From NCBI GenBank assembly GCA_963702845.1, contig OY969763.1, forward strand, positions 5,280,001 to 5,344,000: DNA of 64,000 nucleotides, given 5' to 3'. This stretch comes from an uncultured Verrucomicrobiae bacterium (GTDB lineage: Bacteria > Verrucomicrobiota > Verrucomicrobiia > Limisphaerales > Palsa-1400). Below are positions 61,825-64,000 of the stretch, piece by piece. The notes beneath the pieces were generated by a model. The model searched no databases. It saw nothing but the letters and a program-made list of their open reading frames with translations, and was not told the origin of the DNA. Each line of letters opens with the position of its first letter. The first letter of the stretch is position 1. Both the position numbers and the translations under genes were made by a program.

Positions 61825-63282
61825 ATGATCGATAATGCCCGAGCTGGTGCCGCTATGGCGGACTTGAAGAATGCGCCGAGACGAGTTTCTGAGATTACTC
61901 CCAAGATCGATCGTTTGCCGCCGCACTCGATCGAAGCGGAACAAGGCGTCCTCGGATGTTTATTGTTGTCGCCTAATGATTGTATCGGTCAATGCATCGA
62001 GAAACTGAAGCCGGGCGCGGAGGTTTTCTATGATCTGCGGCATCGCGAGCTTTATTCCACGTTGGTCGAGATGTTCGACGAGAAGCATGCGATCGATCAG
62101 CTCACGGTGGCGCAACGGTTGAAGGACCGGCAGCAATTGGATGGGATGGGCGGGCTTGGTTATTTGGCGTCGTTGCCGGATATGGTGCCTTCGGCGGCGA
62201 ACATGGAGTATTACGTCGATATCGTTTGGGAGAAGTATCTGCTTCGCAAGATGCTCCATACTTGCACGGATATCGCGGGCCGGGTTTATGAGTTTGAAGG
62301 GGAAATCGATGCGCTGCTCGATGAGGCGGAAAAGGACATTTTAAAGATCAGCGAGTCGCGCATGGAAGGCCAGAACCTGACGATGAAGGAGCTGGTCAAT
62401 AGCGCGATCAATAAGATCGAGGAGTTTCACCAGAACCAGGGGCAGCTTACCGGTATCGGGACCGGGTTTTTGGATTTGGACAGGATGACGACGGGGTTGC
62501 ACGCAGGGGAAATGGTGGTGATCGCGGCCCGTCCGTCGGTGGGTAAGACGTCGTTGGCGATGAATATTGCGGAGTATGTGTCGCTGGAGCTGAAGCAGCC
62601 GGTGGGGGTGTTCAGCCTGGAAATGACGGCGGAGTCGCTGGTGTTGCGTATGCTTTGTTCGCGGGCACGGGTGAATATGCGCAAGATTCGGGATGGATTC
62701 CTCGCGGAACGAGATTTTCCAAAGCTGACGGGCACGGCCGGGAAGTTGACAAGCGCGCCGTTGTTTATTGATGACAGTTCAGGGATGTCTGTATTACAGC
62801 TTCGGGCCAAGGCGCGGCGGATGTGGCAGCAGTACGGTATCAAGTTGTTTGTCATTGACTACCTCCAGCTACTCCATTCTACTTCGCGACGAGCTGAGAA
62901 CCGGCAACAGGAAATTGCCGAAATCTCTGGTGGTATCAAGGCTTTGGCGAAGGAACTGAAGGTTCCGGTCATCGTGCTTGCCCAGTTGAATCGTGACCTG
63001 GAAAAACGCGGGCCCGGAGAACGTCCGCGCTTGTCCGATTTGCGCGAATCCGGCTCAATTGAACAGGATGCGGACCTGGTTTGTTTGCTGTATCGAGAAT
63101 CGAAAAAAGAAGCCGAAGAAGAAGGCAGTGAATTTGAACAGGACGCAATATCCGTGAAACTTTTTGTCGCCAAACAACGTAACGGCCCGGTCGGCGAAGT
63201 CGACCTGACTTTCTTGAAGAGCATCACGCGCTTCGAAAGTGCCGCGCGAGTCGATGCGGGAGACGTCCCGGCGGAAGGCTGA
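61825..63282 (+). CDS. dnaB: replicative DNA helicase
   Basis: PPHSIEAEQ, AARPSVGKT, IDYLQL, DLRESGSIEQDAD, KQRNGP; no intein. Confidence 0.98.
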   Translation: MIDNARAGAAMADLKNAPRRVSEITPKIDRLPPHSIEAEQGVLGCLLLSPNDCIGQCIEKLKPGAEVFYDLRHRELYSTLVEMFDEKHAIDQLTVAQRLKDRQQLDGMGGLGYLASLPDMVPSAANMEYYVDIVWEKYLLRKMLHTCTDIAGRVYEFEGEIDALLDEAEKDILKISESRMEGQNLTMKELVNSAINKIEEFHQNQGQLTGIGTGFLDLDRMTTGLHAGEMVVIAARPSVGKTSLAMNIAEYVSLELKQPVGVFSLEMTAESLVLRMLCSRARVNMRKIRDGFLAERDFPKLTGTAGKLTSAPLFIDDSSGMSVLQLRAKARRMWQQYGIKLFVIDYLQLLHSTSRRAENRQQEIAEISGGIKALAKELKVPVIVLAQLNRDLEKRGPGERPRLSDLRESGSIEQDADLVCLLYRESKKEAEEEGSEFEQDAISVKLFVAKQRNGPVGEVDLTFLKSITRFESAARVDAGDVPAEG

Positions 63283-64000
63283 TGACGTTGTCCCCTCATA
63301 AAGCCAAGTGGTTTTGTAGAACCGGCGCCCGCAATGTTAACCGCTTGCTTACGCGCGCGGCTCTGCTGCTGTGTTTGTTCCTCGCGGCTTTCTCCTCCAA
63401 CGCGCAACAGAAGATTTCCAAGATTGTCGTCGAAAACATCGGTCCTCCGGCGGCCAGTGAATCGCTGGTTCGTTCCAATATTCGCAGCAAGGACGGCGAG
63501 GATTATTCGCGCCTGACGCTGGACCAGGATATCAAGAATCTTTACGGGACGGGTTTGTTCTACAACGTGCGCGCGGCGGGGCAGAATTCGCCGCAGGGTT
63601 TCGTGATCACGTTCGTGCTCGAAGGCAAGCCGCGCCTGACGGACATCAAATTTGCGGGGAACAAAAAGTATAGCAACAGCCGGCTGAAGAAGAAGCTTAA
63701 GTCCAAGGTCGGTGAGCCATTGAATGAGCAGAAGCTGTTTGCGGATGCGCAGGCGATCCAAGAGATGTACGAGAAGGCGGGCTATCAGAAGACGACGGTG
63801 CGTTACGAGACGAGCATCGACGAAGCGAACGGGACGGGCACCGCGACGTTTGTGGTGCGGGAGACGCCGAAGATTAAAATTAAGGACATCGTTTTTGAGC
63901 ACGCGACGGCGTTTAAGCAACGGCAATTGCGCAAGGTGCTTAAAACGAAACGGAGTTGGATGTTTTCCTGGCTGACAGGTTCGGGTGTCGTGAAAGAGGA
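63282..64000 (+). CDS. bamA: outer membrane protein assembly factor (POTRA domains), partial
   Basis: Not in ORF track. Manual translation from ATG 63282: signal peptide, DQDIKNLYGTGLF, KPRLTDIKFAGNKK, YEKAGY; open to the window end. Confidence 0.88.
   Translation, partial: MTLSPHKAKWFCRTGARNVNRLLTRAALLLCLFLAAFSSNAQQKISKIVVENIGPPAASESLVRSNIRSKDGEDYSRLTLDQDIKNLYGTGLFYNVRAAGQNSPQGFVITFVLEGKPRLTDIKFAGNKKYSNSRLKKKLKSKVGEPLNEQKLFADAQAIQEMYEKAGYQKTTVRYETSIDEANGTGTATFVVRETPKIKIKDIVFEHATAFKQRQLRKVLKTKRSWMFSWLTGSGVVKE

Noticed and set aside
63334..63516. Short ORF suggesting a bamA frameshift
   Set aside because: The frame from ATG 63282 is continuous.

Overview
Gene-dense bacterial chromosome segment. 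The lineage is inferred to be Verrucomicrobiota, Pedosphaera-like, from a prepilin/H-X9-DG protein, several TMTC-like TPR membrane proteins and the repeat families present. It is mostly core genes (dapF, hisC/F/I, pta, uvrC, purC, queE, rsmA, mnmG, pgi, DksA family, Xer recombinase, topoisomerase subunit A, dnaB, bamA) mixed with accessory genes. No rRNA, tRNA, CRISPR array or transposase was seen. Main observations: (1) a TetR-controlled efflux operon in which the RND permease and outer-membrane factor are one ORF joined by an internal cleavable-looking signal peptide, followed by a sigma-70 paralog; (2) three parS-like palindromes, two written in-frame into mnmG, suggesting an origin-proximal region; (3) two other palindromic repeat elements translated inside proteins, one forming a signal peptide and one inside UvrC; (4) three TMTC-like putative glycosyltransferases; (5) many apparently leaderless promoters; (6) four frameshifts and one in-frame TAG in otherwise intact genes, most likely sequence errors. 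All product calls come from motif recognition by eye, not database searches.
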